This document shows positions 1-12,875 of a DNA stretch of 64,000 nt, in pieces. Under the pieces are notes generated by a model. It saw nothing but the letters and a program-made list of their open reading frames with translations, was not told the DNA's origin and did not search any database. A program made the translations under genes and the position numbers. The stretch covers positions 76,324,001 through 76,388,000 of the forward strand of contig NW_024704742.1 in the NCBI RefSeq assembly GCF_018977255.1, in the 5' to 3' direction. The first letter of the stretch is position 1. Every line of letters begins with the position of its first letter. Source of the DNA: Callorhinchus milii (lineage: Eukaryota).

Positions 1-374
1 CATCTGCACCTACCAAGATGATCAGGATCAAAGTATGAAACACCGCATGTGTGTGTAAGTCTTGAAGATTTTAGATTATTATTAAACCCCTTCATAATCC
101 TGAGACTCTTTACTGAACCACATCCAAAGTCAAAGTTGCGAAAGAAAGAGAGAAAGAAAGTTAGAGAGAAAGCTTGCTGGTTGGGGAATCGCTTTCTTAA
201 CTTAGCGCTGACCAAATCTGAGGGGTTTATTTTGCGACATTTCTTAATATGTAATCCTGTTTGAATTTACTTGATCTGCAGGAACTCTGCCCTGGAAGTG
301 GATTGCAGGGAAGCAGAAGTCAGCACAATGTTCTTTCGGATACTGGAAGGGCTCTCCATTAGTGGAACTCTGAT

Positions 375-625
375 TCTTAAAAAGGAACTTAAATAGGATT
401 GGAAAAGTAAACCCAGAACAATAATTTAAAATATACCAAGATAGTAGGTCAAGAGGACATAGTTTTACAATTGCAAAGGGCAACTTCAAGATAGATACCA
501 AGAAATGTTTCTTCAGATAGAGATAATTAACGACCGGAACAGGTTGCTAGGAAAGGTGGTTGAGGCCAGTGATGAGATTCGATAGGTTGAAAGACCTTTT
601 TCATCTAAACTCATCTTGTCATCTT
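375..625 (+). mobile_element. CR1-type LINE 3' fragment
   Basis: Degenerate CR1 ORF2 C-terminal motifs (agaggacatag...ttcttca). Similar copy at about 56960-57260. Confidence 0.65.
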
Positions 626-732
626 GAGAATCTGGTCGGGTCTTGATTTAGGCTTACAAAAGTAAGTCAAATTAATTATACAAACAGAACAAAGTTTAAA
701 ATACACATGTGTGAAATCTTCCTTTGTTTCAG

Positions 733-885
733 TTGTCATGCAGGATACACAGGAGACAGGTGCCAGCACATGACATTAACATCTCATACAACTGAAGATT
801 CAGAAAGGTATATAGCCATTGTCATTGGATCAGGGTTCCTGCTCATCGCACTAGCTGGTGTTCTCTTCTATTTCATTCATTACAG
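733..885 (+). CDS. EPGN: Epigen, penultimate coding exon: EGF C-loop, juxtamembrane and transmembrane helix (CHAGYTGDRCQHMTLTSHTTEDSERYIAIVIGSGFLLIALAGVLFYFIHYR)
   Basis: Acceptor tttgtttcag at 723-732 and donor AG|gtaag at 885/886. Phase-2 intron falls between EGF Cys4 and Cys5, as in EGFR ligands. Translation closely resembles recalled human epigen (CFTGYTGERCEHLTLTSY...EKYIAIGIGVG). Upstream exons lie outside the window. Confidence 0.92.
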
Positions 886-2086
886 GTAAGCACAACAACA
901 ACAACTTGCACTTGCCCTCCATGCAGGGTAGCGTCTCAGAGCGCTTAAAACACAAGGCAGTCAGATTACAACTCCCTTTAAACATTATTAGGGAGAAATT
1001 CCACCTAGCTCCAGACTTACTCTCCTTATGTAGAATTAGAATGTCCAGAACTAGAACATTATTGAATTTAGTCCTAACTTTGAGCTTCGATTTCTGACCT
1101 TAGAAGAACTAAACAGATAAACAACTTAAAAATTAAGGCTGTATTTAAGAATTTGTCAAATTCAGAACACATTAAAATGCTACATAAAAAGAGTAAATCT
1201 CCTTTTGTATTGTGTTATAGGTGAATCCTCCATAATGGAAACTGACAGATTTATGAATATTATACACTTTAAAAAAGAAAAGTTGCACTTCTGCATGAAC
1301 ATTTAAAAAAAAGTCCCCAGAAGGGCAGTCCAAGTTTCTCCTCAGCACCTAATTCCTGCTCTCACCAAATTCCTTTCTTGGCTCTATCTCCTGTCTCATT
1401 ACTTTTGCTGCTGAGAACTCTAGTTCATTAACTGGTTCTCAAAGGAGATTATTTCTGGTCAGTCGGGTATCTGACATATGCAAAAACACATCACCATACT
1501 TAAGAGTATGCAAACCAGACTGATAGTTCCAAGTTTGTATGCCATCTACACATGTACACATGTGTCTGGAATAGAAATATGCATTCTCTCCCCCAGATTG
1601 ACATACCATGCTTACCTATTTCTTGACACCATTGAGTGCAGGTTTATGAGAGCCAAGGCATGGAGACATCAGAGTATATGTTGGGATACTACTGGAATTC
1701 AACCAACTAAAATCACATTGCTTGCCTTTCAAAGCACTGCAGACTTCTCACTGTTTGTCCATTTAGGACCACCCTACCCAAGAGGGCTTTGGGTTGTGGG
1801 GTTAACAGTAGATGAGTGGAAAGGATCTTACTGACAGTGCCTTGTTTGCTCTCCAAGTCCCCTTATTGCCTCACCATGATAATTTACTTCAGTTGCAGCT
1901 GCTAGCAGTAATAAATCAATCGCTGAAAACCTAACAAGCCTCCAAAACTGATATAACTTTACATAATCACTGTCTTGATAATTCACATCAGCAACAGTGA
2001 CTTTTGCATTCCATTTGTTGCTGGTTTCTCACAGATATTGATGTACACCTATTAAGCATTGTGACAATGATGTTATTTATTTTCAG

Positions 2087-2141
2087 ATGCCAAAAATCAA
2101 ATGCAACATATAATAAATGTTTGAGAGAGGCACAAGTTTGA
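2087..2141 (+). CDS. EPGN: Epigen, terminal coding exon: cytoplasmic tail (R)CQKSNATYNKCLREAQV*
   Basis: Acceptor ttatttattttcag ends at 2086 and the phase matches the previous exon. TGA at 2139-2141. Resembles the recalled human epigen tail RCLKLKSPYNVC. Confidence 0.88.
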
Positions 2142-2624
2142 CTCTGTGCCCCCGCCACGCTTTCCATGATAGACGCCAATGATAAAGGCAAAGAGTTTTA
2201 TTGAAACATTATTACTGATGTTTATTGGGTCATGAAACACCAGAGGCACTGAGCACTGACCAGAACATGGACCATGGACATCAGCAGTTGCCATGATACA
2301 ACATCTTTGAAATCTTTGGAAGTTTTACTGCTTTGTGGAAAAATTTCCTGTTAGAACTTTTTAAATTACCTAATGTATTCTCATTAAATGTGCTTTTTTT
2401 CCCACTCCGTGTCACCCAAGATACCATGTCCATTCTTCATGTGTGAGCCCACAAATGTCAGCAAACTATTCAACTGTGGGATGACATCACAACCAAGTTC
2501 CTCTTCTTATCTGACCTTCAGATATGTGCACTTTTAATAGAAACCACTGAAGAATGGGAACTTTGGCTATGTTTTTTGTTGCGGAGACTGATTAGCGATC
2601 TGCTCAGATCAGTTACCTCACATT

Positions 2625-3152
2625 AGTTAATTGGGTTAGACTGCATAGTACAGTCAATTGGGTTAGCCTGTATAATACAGCTAAGGCAGAGGGCAGAGGG
2701 CGAAACCTTGGGCAAGTTTCCTTACTCCACACGCCTAATAATAATCCCTCCAAAACCAAAAACAATAATAAAAATTGGTCATTTTCAATCTACGACTGTT
2801 TGTGGGACATTGCTGTGCGCAATTGGCTGCCGCGTTCGCCCACAAATATACAGTCAATTCACTTTACAGTGTGTTCTGTGAAGCGCTTTGGGATGTCCTC
2901 CCGACGTGAAAAGCGCTATATCAAATGCAAGGATTATTATTATTATTATTAACTGAGTTGATCTGTGTACTATAGTTAATTGGTTAGCCTGTATAATACA
3001 GCCAAACTGGGTTGATCTGTGTACTACACTTAATTGGGTTAGCCTGTATAGTACAGTTAACTAGGTTACCCTGTATAGTACAGTTAACTGGGTTAGCCAG
3101 TACAGCACAGTTGACTGGGTTAGCCTGTGTAATGCAGCTTAACTGGGTTAGA
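2625..3152 (+). repeat. Minisatellite with ~27-bp unit AGTTAACTGGGTTAGCCTGTATAGTAC, about 10 diverged copies, interrupted by a SINE
   Basis: Units read directly at about 2625-2683 and 2949-3152. Confidence 0.85.
2688..2950 (+). mobile_element. 5'-truncated young SINE with L2-like tail and (TTA)n end
   Basis: Near-identical to the 3' part of the copies at 28498 and 57764. Confidence 0.9.
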
Positions 3153-3884
3153 TCCCTATATTAGAGGGGAAGCATCATCCACTTTCTACCTTACCAATTC
3201 CTTTCCTCATTTTAAACACCTTAGTAACACGATCCCTTAACCTCCTCAGCTTTAAGGAATATAACCCATGTCTATCCAGCTCCTCATCCCCAGCTGAATC
3301 CCTTCAGTCTTGGCATCAATCTATACCTAGCCAATTCTCTCTGGACATCCTCCAATACTCTTCCTAAAACTGAACACAATACTCCAAATGAAGTCTGACC
3401 AGAGCTTTATGTAACTGAAACATCACATGCTTGTTTTTTTTAATATTTGGCTCCCACAAATGGAAATTTGCTTTCCCACATGTTAAATGTAGTTAACTGC
3501 AAAACAAATGCTCCTTTAACCATCTCCTCTCCTGACTAGTCCAGTTTTTGTTCCTTCCACCTTAGCTTTGAAAGTTACTGAAAAGAGCATGAAATTTACT
3601 TGTGTTTCTATAGTCAAAATAACCATNAAAAAATTGGTCTGTTTAACACTTAGGTATTTATTCTGAAATTCATGTTATTGTAAATAATTTATTTGTTTTT
3701 ATCTAAAAGCATATCCTGTAAAATGGCTGCATCACGGTGCTGAGAGAATGGATTTCATATTTCTATTAAAAGTTTACAAAGCACCTTTTGAGACACAGAT
3801 ATTGTTATGTTTTTATGTGTATACACGTCCTGAGGTCAGATTATTTGGGGCAGGTCTGCAATCAAAAATATATTGGAGGTAGGT

Positions 3885-4140
3885 GTCAGCCTGGCTCAAT
3901 TGGTAGCACTTTCTCCTCTAAATCAGGATTTTAAAGCTAATCTAAGATGACACTTCAATGCAGTGCTTGGGGTGTATGGGTGGGTTGATGGGTAGGGGCT
4001 GCATTGTCAGAGGTGCCACCTGGATGGCATGTTAAACTGTGTGTGTGTTCAGGTGGATGTTAAAGATCCCATGACACTATTCGAAAAAAGAGAATTTCTC
4101 CTAGTGTCCTGGGCAACTATCCTCCAGATAAAATTGGTCA
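3885..4140 (+). mobile_element. Older Deu-domain SINE (SacSINE1/AmnSINE1-like)
   Basis: tRNA-like A box tggctcaattggtag and core gctgcattgtcagaggtgcc...gttcaggtggatgttaaagatcccatgacactattcg, repeated throughout the window. Confidence 0.75.
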
Positions 4141-6106
4141 AACCTAGAGAATAATAATTACAGTACAATAACAATAATAATCCTTGCATTTGATATAGCA
4201 TATTTTACCTCAGGAGGACATCTTATAGCTCTTCACAGGATTTACTGTAAAATGGAGGCACTGTGTATTTTCTGACTGCAGCAGCCAATTTGCACACAGC
4301 AATTAACAAAGTTAATTAGTTCTAATTAAATGAATATTTTCATCCGATTTATGTAATTTTGTAATTGTTGTTGCTCAACAACGTCTATGCACTGCCATAA
4401 TTCTTAAGACGTTTTTCTTTGTGATACTTTTTGTACTCACTGAAATGAATGGGACCACAGATTAATTAATGTCTCATCATTAGAGGTACCTCTAACAATG
4501 CAGCACATTCCCAGCGCTGCATTAGAGTATCGGTCTTGACTTTAGGAGTTCCAAGTCCTGACGTGGGGCTTGAACGCACAACCCACTGACTCAAAGGCGA
4601 GTGAGCCAGGCTGACGCACAAATAGTGCTGATGAACTATTAACAGTGCCATGGATTACTGTGGAGCGGTCTGTATTTTTGAGTCAGTTCAATAGCACAGA
4701 AACATTGTCTTCTCTTTACTCTGCATCTTATCCTGACTACTTGATTGATGCTGTAACTGTGGTCAAAACAGAAAAAAAACGATCATCATCCTTCATCTTA
4801 GTGAAAGCAAAACGTATCACAAAGAAAAACATCTTAAAAATTCTTGCAGTGCGTAGAGGTTGTTGTGCAAGATATGTCAGATGCAAATAATCTTTTAATT
4901 GGAACGAAAAGGCCACTCACCCCATATGTCCGCTGACGTTTATCTCCAGCTGTGAGGTTTCATCTGTCAGAAGCTGTTCCTACTAATAAAGAGGCTTGTT
5001 TTGGAATCAAAGTACTGTATATATTAAAAGCTAAAATTAGGCAAGCAAATCTATTCAATTTGCATGATTACAGGAGCAGTGACGCTTAAGTATGCAAAAC
5101 TTCTAAAGTGGATCAATCTGCTGATAACAGGGTGACGCACATAGCTGAATTAGAAGCCCGTCAGTCATATTGACTCATGAACATTAGGAAAGTCTGTCTC
5201 TTCCTGTCTATTTGGATGACTATTTTAATATATTTTGATATAAAGAGCCAAGCTGGGGGTACTTGTCCATGGCATAAAACTGTGATACTTCTGTGTAGAT
5301 GAGTCAGTGACAAGAGGACATAGTTATATATCCTGTGAAGCGCTTTGAGATGTCTCTATGATATTCAATGCAAGGATTATTATTATTTCACTCTTCTTGT
5401 GACGGCCTTCCAATGAGAGCTAGAAGAAATTGTTTCACTCAGAGAATTATTGGGAAGTGGAATGCCCTGCCAAGTAAAGTGGTAGAAGTTGAGGCCACTG
5501 AGGGTTTCAAGAGGGAAGTGAATAGGATATATGAAAGACAGGGGCTTGAAGCAGTATGGGTATAAGACAGGGCAGTGTGATTGAATGAACCTTGCTCTGA
5601 GAGCCGGTGAAGACTCAATGGTCTCCTCCTGTGAATATTGGAATAACAATCACTACTGTCCAGCCGTCTGGCACTATTTCAAGGTCTGTGGAGCATCCAC
5701 AAATGACATTCTTTTGCCCCTGTGGCACCCGACCAGAGAAGGCTAACACTTACAGTGTGTAAATGCTCAAGCCCCAACATTTTACTGTGCTCCTTATTTC
5801 ACGAATATGACAGATACATATTTTCTACACCTATTTCCAATTAGTGTCAAGTTAAAGTAGTGTTGTGACCTTATCTATTTCCCCATTGTGGATTAAATTG
5901 ATGCTGCTTGAATGCATTTCAATTTGAAGAGAGGAGTTCTTCATGTTCCAGATTAAGCTGGACTGAAACTCCGATCCAAAAGTTGAAAGAGTAGTATTGT
6001 AGCCTACTGAACGGATCATACTCTGATGCTCCTGAATTTTCTAAAGAATTAAATAGAGATATTTTTGTTGAATAAAATAAAATGATCTAATCTCTGGGTT
6101 CTGGTG

Positions 6107-6405
6107 TGTCAGCCTGGCTCAATTGGTAGTACTCTCATCTCTGAGTCCGAACTTGTTAGAACTTTGAACTCACATAGTCCTAGTCAATACTCCAGTGCTA
6201 GGGGTTGTTGCAGTGTCGGAGGTGTCGTCTTTCAGGTGAGACGTTAAACTAATGTCCCGTCTGTCTGTTCAGGTGGACGTTAAAGATCCCATGGCACTAT
6301 TCAAAAAGAAATAGCTGTTTCTCCAGTATCCCAGGCAACCATCCTACTGAATAAAAAATGATTATTCACTTCATGGCGTAAATTGGCTGCCACATTTGCC
6401 TAAAA
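6107..6405 (+). mobile_element. Older Deu-domain SINE
   Basis: Same head and core as 3885-4140. Confidence 0.75.
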
Positions 6406-7484
6406 ATATACATGATTGATAACTTGGCTGCTATCACGCTAACTCATCATAGACCTAGATTCAAAACCGAGACCCTCTGGTTTGTATGGCAGTATTGTTC
6501 CAGGTGATGTTTTCACTACCAGACCATCAGAGGGCCTGGATTGATATAGCGTGTCTAATGAAGTGAACCAGTCTTTTCTATCGTATAAGAATGGCTCATA
6601 GAAATTGATTCTGGAATTAGATTGTACTTCTCACACCCCATCATAGGATGTTTGTGCTCAGCCAATGGCCTAGTTCACCGCTGTCGTTTTTTGCAATGAT
6701 GACTCATTAATAAGTAAGCTCCCTTTGGGCGTGCCACTGAGGAATAATTGGGTGTTGAGGTATGTCAGCCAGATGCATGACTTTGAACAACAACAATGTG
6801 CATTAAACTAATAGTTGTTTATACTCTCTTTACTGCAATTGATTCTTCGGCATATTCTTGGGGATGTGGAATGCCCTGACAAGTACAATTATAGAGGCTC
6901 AGTCCATTGTAGCTTTTAAGAGCGAAGTAGACAGTCACCCTGAATGGGGGATGGGGATAAGTAGTCTGGTGATATTGAATTGATCTCCTTACCCTGTGAG
7001 TCAGTGCAGACTTGATGGGCCAAATGGCTTCCTTTCTGCATGGTATATTTCTATGTTTCTATCTCACACAATAGGTGGTGTAGACAATGTGAACAGAACC
7101 CACGCCCCACTTACTTTCTCTCTGTGAGAGAAAAAACACAAGTGTCGAATAATATTAGGTCTAAAATTTTCAATCGGTTTTCAATGGAATTCCTAAATAA
7201 AAAAACAGGTTCACTCAAAAGGGGCATCTTCTGGTAACCGAATGTACATCAATAGAATCTGTGCTCTGACCCAATCCACTTCTGCAATGGAATTCCCGTC
7301 TGTAATGTCCCTTCACACTTCACTGTATCCTGTCGTGTGTCAGTGGACAGTTAAATGCACCATTGCTGTAAAACAATTGAACCAAACATTAGGCTGCTCT
7401 CTATAAGAAACTAGAAGCTCCACACATCAGCCTAGTACAACTTAGTAAAACTTTCATGAAGCTCTGAGCACAGCTTACTTATTT

Positions 7485-8000
7485 CTTTTTTTTGAAGGGA
7501 TTATTACCCCTCGAAAAGCGATCCGACAATTGACTAACAAATGGGTTCCTACTTATTGTTAGGTAAACAAAGGCATGTGGAGTAAGGAAACTTGCCTAAC
7601 GTTTCACCCTGGTTGGGAATGGAACCCTGATTTTCTCACTTGCGAGGCGAGTGCTCTAACCACTCTTAGTCAAGGCTGACACTGCAACAAAATGCTGGGG
7701 ATTGCTGTATTGTCAGTCCTTCAAATAAGACATTAAATCAAGATCCCGTCTACCTGTTCAGGTGAACATTACAGATCTCACAGCACTAATAGAAACAAGA
7801 AGGGAGTTTCTCTCTCTCCTGGTCAACAATCCTCCAGGTAAAATTGATCATTCATTTGATGGTATTGCTGTGTGCAAATTGGCTGCCATGTTTGCTTACA
7901 ATTACATATCCACTACACTTCACAATAAATCTTTGAAGTGTTTTGAGATGTTTCGATGATGTGATGAGGTGCTGTATCAAATACAAAGATTATTATTGTT
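7485..8000. mobile_element. SINE cluster: minus-strand tRNA-headed fragment (about 7485-7665) and plus-strand Deu-type copy (about 7670-8000)
   Basis: Similarity to other copies in the window. Confidence 0.7.
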
Positions 8001-8089
8001 ATTATTCTGCCGCAACAATTTTCCTCAGCAAACTTCAGAACACCGCCCTCTATTACACAAGTATGATACTTTCCATTTTCCACATCACA

Positions 8090-8440
8090 TAATAATAATC
8101 CTTGCATTTGATATAACGTCTTACCACATCTTCGAGACATCTCAAAGCGCTTCACAGAATACACTGTAAAGTGAGGTAACTGTGTATTTTGTGGGTGAAA
8201 CGCGGCAGCCGATTGTGCACAGCAGCGTCCCACAAACAGTCATGGATTGAATGACGAACTTTTTTTTACATATTTCTTTTTACGGATTATTACCCCCTGA
8301 AAAGAGATCAACTAATCAACTAACAACCAGGTTCCTACCATCTGCTAAGTAACCAGAGGCATTGCCCAATGTTTCGCCCTGCCCGGGAATCAAACCCAGG
8401 TCCTCTCGTTTGTGATGCGAGTGCCACTAAGCTACAGGAA
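8090..8440 (-). mobile_element. tRNA-headed SINE, long subfamily
   Basis: Reverse complement of the head, body and tail seen at 37436-37797. Confidence 0.85.
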
Positions 8441-9818
8441 TCTAAATGAGGTTGCTAATTAGTGCCAAATTAAGGGCAGTTTTAATGCTAACAATAATAT
8501 CTATCATTATCATCAAAACTGATGATAATAATAACAGATATTATTATTATAATAATTTATTAACAATTTGTAAACACTTTATAATAATAATAATCCTTGC
8601 ATTTGATAGCGCTTTTCATGTTTTCTAGATGTCTCAAAGCGCTTCACAGAATAGACTACTTTTGCTTTAATTTCTGTAAAATTATTTTAGTACTTATTTT
8701 AGAAGTTCAGAGTTAATATGAGCGTGACAAAGTTTTTCCTAATATATGTAACTTTACAACCGTGATAACCCACTGTATTATTTTCGGTGTCACTCTGTAT
8801 GACATGATAACTGAACTATTTATCACAGGGAGATATTTGGAAGTCTAAAGTTTATAACTGACATTCAGAAGAGGTCGCTGGAAGAAGTATAACACATTCC
8901 AGCGGCACTCACAATCTAGCCAAATAAAAGGGAGTTTCTTCTGGTGTCCTGTCTAACAATCCTTCACATAAATTAATCATTCACTTCATGGTTGTTTATG
9001 GGACCTTACTACATTTATATTTCCCTCATAAATATTGCCCTCATTTGCTGTCATTTTGTATTTGTAAGCAAATTTTCTTTGAGACTTTTCAATGTTGTAA
9101 GCACCTTATCAAAGGTAAAGGACTATTGATCAAATAGCTGAGGAGTGTCAGTTTTATCAGCATTCACTTTAATTTTAAAAGTCAGTTTAATTTTTAAATT
9201 CCTCATATATTGGCAGAACCAAAAGCAGTGAATGAATCATAAGGCTGCCAAATTGAGTACATGTGCTAGTTAGCACATCGTGTTATTGAACACATTACAA
9301 CATTATGACGTTTACCCCAATATTTCTTCTTCCTGTGAGGAAAACCACCTGGATTAAAGTGTGGGGTAATTTGTACCCATGGTAAGGAAACAAAGATGAT
9401 ATCATCAGCCAAGACATTGCCTTAAGTGGATGCTGCTCCCTGATTTATTGTGGACATTGTCTGAATGCTTCAGGTGATATCTATTTGCCATCTCTCTCCT
9501 TTTGTGATTGCTCAAAGATAAAAAATGGACTTTAATATTGAACATGCACCAACACTCTGTGTACAGCCACCAGAGTGAGCTAAACATGCTAACACAGATC
9601 ACCCAGCGGACCTCACCAACCCTCACAGTGGCTAGTAATCCTGAATATGAGCACCTCTGTCATCAGTCAAGATAAATTAAACTGAAGATGCAATTTCATT
9701 TCTCCCTGCAGTTCAAAATTGCTGCAAGGGGAAATTATTAAAGTTTAAGTTCAGAGGTGTCCATCAGACACCCTATTATGTATTTCCAGTTGAGAAGGTC
9801 ACGGATCCTCGCAATCGC

Positions 9819-10680
9819 AACAACAACAACTTGCACTTATACAATGCCCTCCATGCAGCGTAGTGTCTCAGAGCACTTAACATTGGTGGAGCCTGACCCC
9901 GAGCTGAGGGAGGGAGGGGGGGAGGACTGTAAGGATGGTTTGAAAAGGAAAGTTTTCAGGCAGGACTTGAAAAAGGGGAGAGATGGGGCAAGGCAGAAGG
10001 ACTGAGGGAGCGTGTTCCAGAGTTTTGGGTTGAAAATGCAAACTCCAATGGTGCAGTGGGAGTATGAGGGACAATTAGGAGGTCGGTGGTGCCAGGTGGT
10101 GAATTGGAGAGTGAGGCAGTCAGAGAGATAGGGAGGAGCTAGGGAGTGAAGGGATTCGAACATGAGTGTGAGAATCTTGAAGTCAATCCGTTCAGTGATG
10201 GGGAGCCAGTGGAGCCTGTCCAGAACTGATGAGATGGGGGTACAGAGCTTGGTCTGGGTAAGTATGCGGGCAGCAGAATTCTGAATAAGCTGGATCTTTT
10301 GAATAGTGCAGCTGGGGAACTGGCGAGGAGTGGGTTTGAGTAATCCAGGCGGGAGGTAACAAACGCATGCCCAAGGGTTTCACCGGGATTTGGGGTAAGT
10401 TGCGGTCGGAGGCGGGCAATGTGGTGGAGGTGGAGGAAGGTGGTCCTGGTCAGGGACTGGATGTCGGGGAGGAAGAACAGCCGGGGGTCGAACCGGACAC
10501 CTAGACTATATACTGGTTTGGTGAGTTTGAGGGAGATCCCAGGGAGGTTGAGGAGTTCAAATCCGCAAGGAGTATGGCTTCCGTTTTATCCACATTCAGC
10601 TGCAGGAAATTTGCACCCATCCAGGCCCTAATATCTGTCAGACAAGCTGGTAGAACATTGGCGGACCTGGAGTCCTAGAA
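9819..10680 (-). mobile_element. L2-clade LINE 3' fragment
   Basis: (CAA)n tail at 9819-9830. ORF remnants LHSLAPPYLSD and PKLWNTLP. Confidence 0.85.
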
Positions 10681-11439
10681 TATCCAAACCAGACTTAAGA
10701 GTTCCACGTAAACCACATGGAAATTCACACGTCTGACGTGGAGATTTCTATTTCTGAAATGGAATGTGCATTCTCTCATTGAGGGGATGCACCCTGCTTA
10801 CCCAATTCCAGAAAGTTTAGGTACATATTGGCAACAGCCAAGGGTAGGGGACCCTAGGGTGTGTGTTCGGGTACTGCCGGAATTTAATCAGCTAAAAACA
10901 GCTAGAAGGGTTCCCGTTGCTTATCCACCTGGATCCATGTTACCCATTAAGACTTTAATTTATGGTTTAACACAAACTGAGTCCTATACCAAACACAAAG
11001 ATTATTATTATTATTATTAACACTAATTGATTGCCATACACTTGGTTAAATTTATTAGATAAACTCTCTGTTGATCCGATACAGTTATTGCATTCTCCTC
11101 TCAGCATAGCCTACAGGGCCAAGCAACCAGTCAAGCAACATGCCGTGGGATGAAACTGTTCAAGCTCATTACTGTCATCTTGCAAAATGTGCTTCATACA
11201 CCACATGAACGATCCCTCACAATCTCTCCCTGCTAATCAAATACACCATTCATTCATTCCTCATCTTATGTGAGCACCTTCAGATCTAAGGGTCTATTGC
11301 ATGACTTCTATTATGTGAGGGTTATCGCTTTACAACGTGATAAAAGTGAGACGTGATAACTTGTCCCATAGAAATTCCTTTGTGTAAATTCAATCTCCCA
11401 TCAATGTATGCGCAATGTGATTCGCATAACCTGCATGAC

Positions 11440-11856
11440 CTCTATCAGTGGCCAAGCCTTTAGTCACTACATCCCTCACCTGTGGAACATCTCGCTCTAT
11501 CCCTCTGCCTCTCCCCTTCTCTATCAGTCTTGAAATCCTACCAGTCTGGCCACTCCCTCCACAAGGTGAACCAGTGGAGCCTGCTTCATGTAACCTGTCT
11601 GGTCCGCCCTACCATCAATACCCAAACTTTCAGCTGTTCTGCCCCGCTCTCTAGGACTCCATCCCGGAGTCTTTCTGAATCGCCCCCTCCCTCCCCACTT
11701 TTAATGCTGCCTTAAGACCTATCTTTCCAACAACATTTTTGGTCATATTGCCCTCCCCTGGACTCCCGAGCTCAGGCTCCCATGGACCACTGTGAAGCAC
11801 TTTGAGATATCCTCCCAACAATGAAAGACTAAACATGCAAATTGTTGTTGTTGTTG
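11440..11856 (+). mobile_element. Degenerate L2 3' fragment
   Basis: L2 3' motifs and (TTG)n tail. Confidence 0.7.
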
Positions 11857-12584
11857 GTCTGGGGTCAAAGGGCTCCTAAGATGCATTCAAAGTGTGAGAA
11901 ACATGGTTTGTGGCTGCAGGGACAGTCATGTCTAGACATTATACTAGTAGGTACCAATCTGCATTGTGCTGAAAACCAATTATTTCTTTGTATCCAGTGA
12001 CATGTATTCCGAGCCTGTATTCATTTTATTCCTGTTCATTTTGATTTCTGGGGGATACCAGAGAAGGGCAGTTTGAATGCCTCATGTGATTTTGTGAACA
12101 CTATATTTTCTCTCCTGATCTAAGGATGGAAGGATTGTATGCTTAAGGCAATGAACACCAGTGTATAGTGATTTGGTTGCTCTGACGTGATGGGCATTCC
12201 CAGCCCTGGAGGTAGTGAAGATGACACCAATGAGAATCCATAATGTTCAAGAAATGAATTATGTAGAACACTGCAACAACAACAATTAAATTACATTTGT
12301 ATAGTGCCTTTTATGTCAGGAGGACATCCCAAAGCGCTGAACAGTCAGGGATCAGGACCTGAGGGTGAGGGGGTCAGGGTTGGGATGAGGGAGGGCAGAG
12401 GGGGTAGGAGCGTGGCTGAAGGCACGATCAAAAATGAGAATCTTGAGTCATGCCTTGAAGGAGACAAGGGAGGGAGCAAGGCAAAGGCGAAGGGATTGTG
12501 GGATGGAGTTCCAAAGGTCGGGGGCAGAGAGGGCTGAAAGCCCGGCCACCGATAGTAGGGCAGGTCGGTTGGGAGACTACTACT

Positions 12585-12875
12585 ACTAATAATAATCCTT
12601 GTATTTGTTATAGTGCTTTTCACGTGTTCTCGACGTCTAAAAAGCACTTCACAGAATAAAGTGAATTAACTGTATATTTGTGGGCGAAATGCGGCAGACA
12701 ATTGCGCACAGTGTCCCACAAACAGTCGTGGATTGAAGTGACCAATTTTTTTTTGAGGGATTATTATCAGGTGTGTGGAGTAAGGAAACTTGCCCAAGAT
12801 TTCACCCTGCCGGGAATCGAACCCAGATCTCTCGCTTGCAAAGCAAGTGCTCTAACCACTGAGCTACAGGACTCC
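12585..12875 (-). mobile_element. tRNA-headed SINE inserted in L2
   Basis: Reverse complement of the 28498-28813 type. Confidence 0.88.

Noticed and set aside
884..889. Tailless epigen isoform by read-through of the donor (AGG TAA)
   Set aside because: An in-frame TAA follows automatically from a phase-2 GTAAG donor. There is no evidence of intron retention.
892..948. Functional element just after the EPGN donor
   Set aside because: It is a short antisense L2 tail remnant like those at 9819 and 20970, and the donor is intact.
2625..3152. CRISPR-like array of ~27-bp partly palindromic repeats
   Set aside because: Units are head-to-tail with no unique spacers, there are no cas genes, and the context is vertebrate. 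It is a minisatellite.
3627..3627. Ambiguous base n
   Set aside because: Assembly ambiguity next to an A-run, with no biological meaning.
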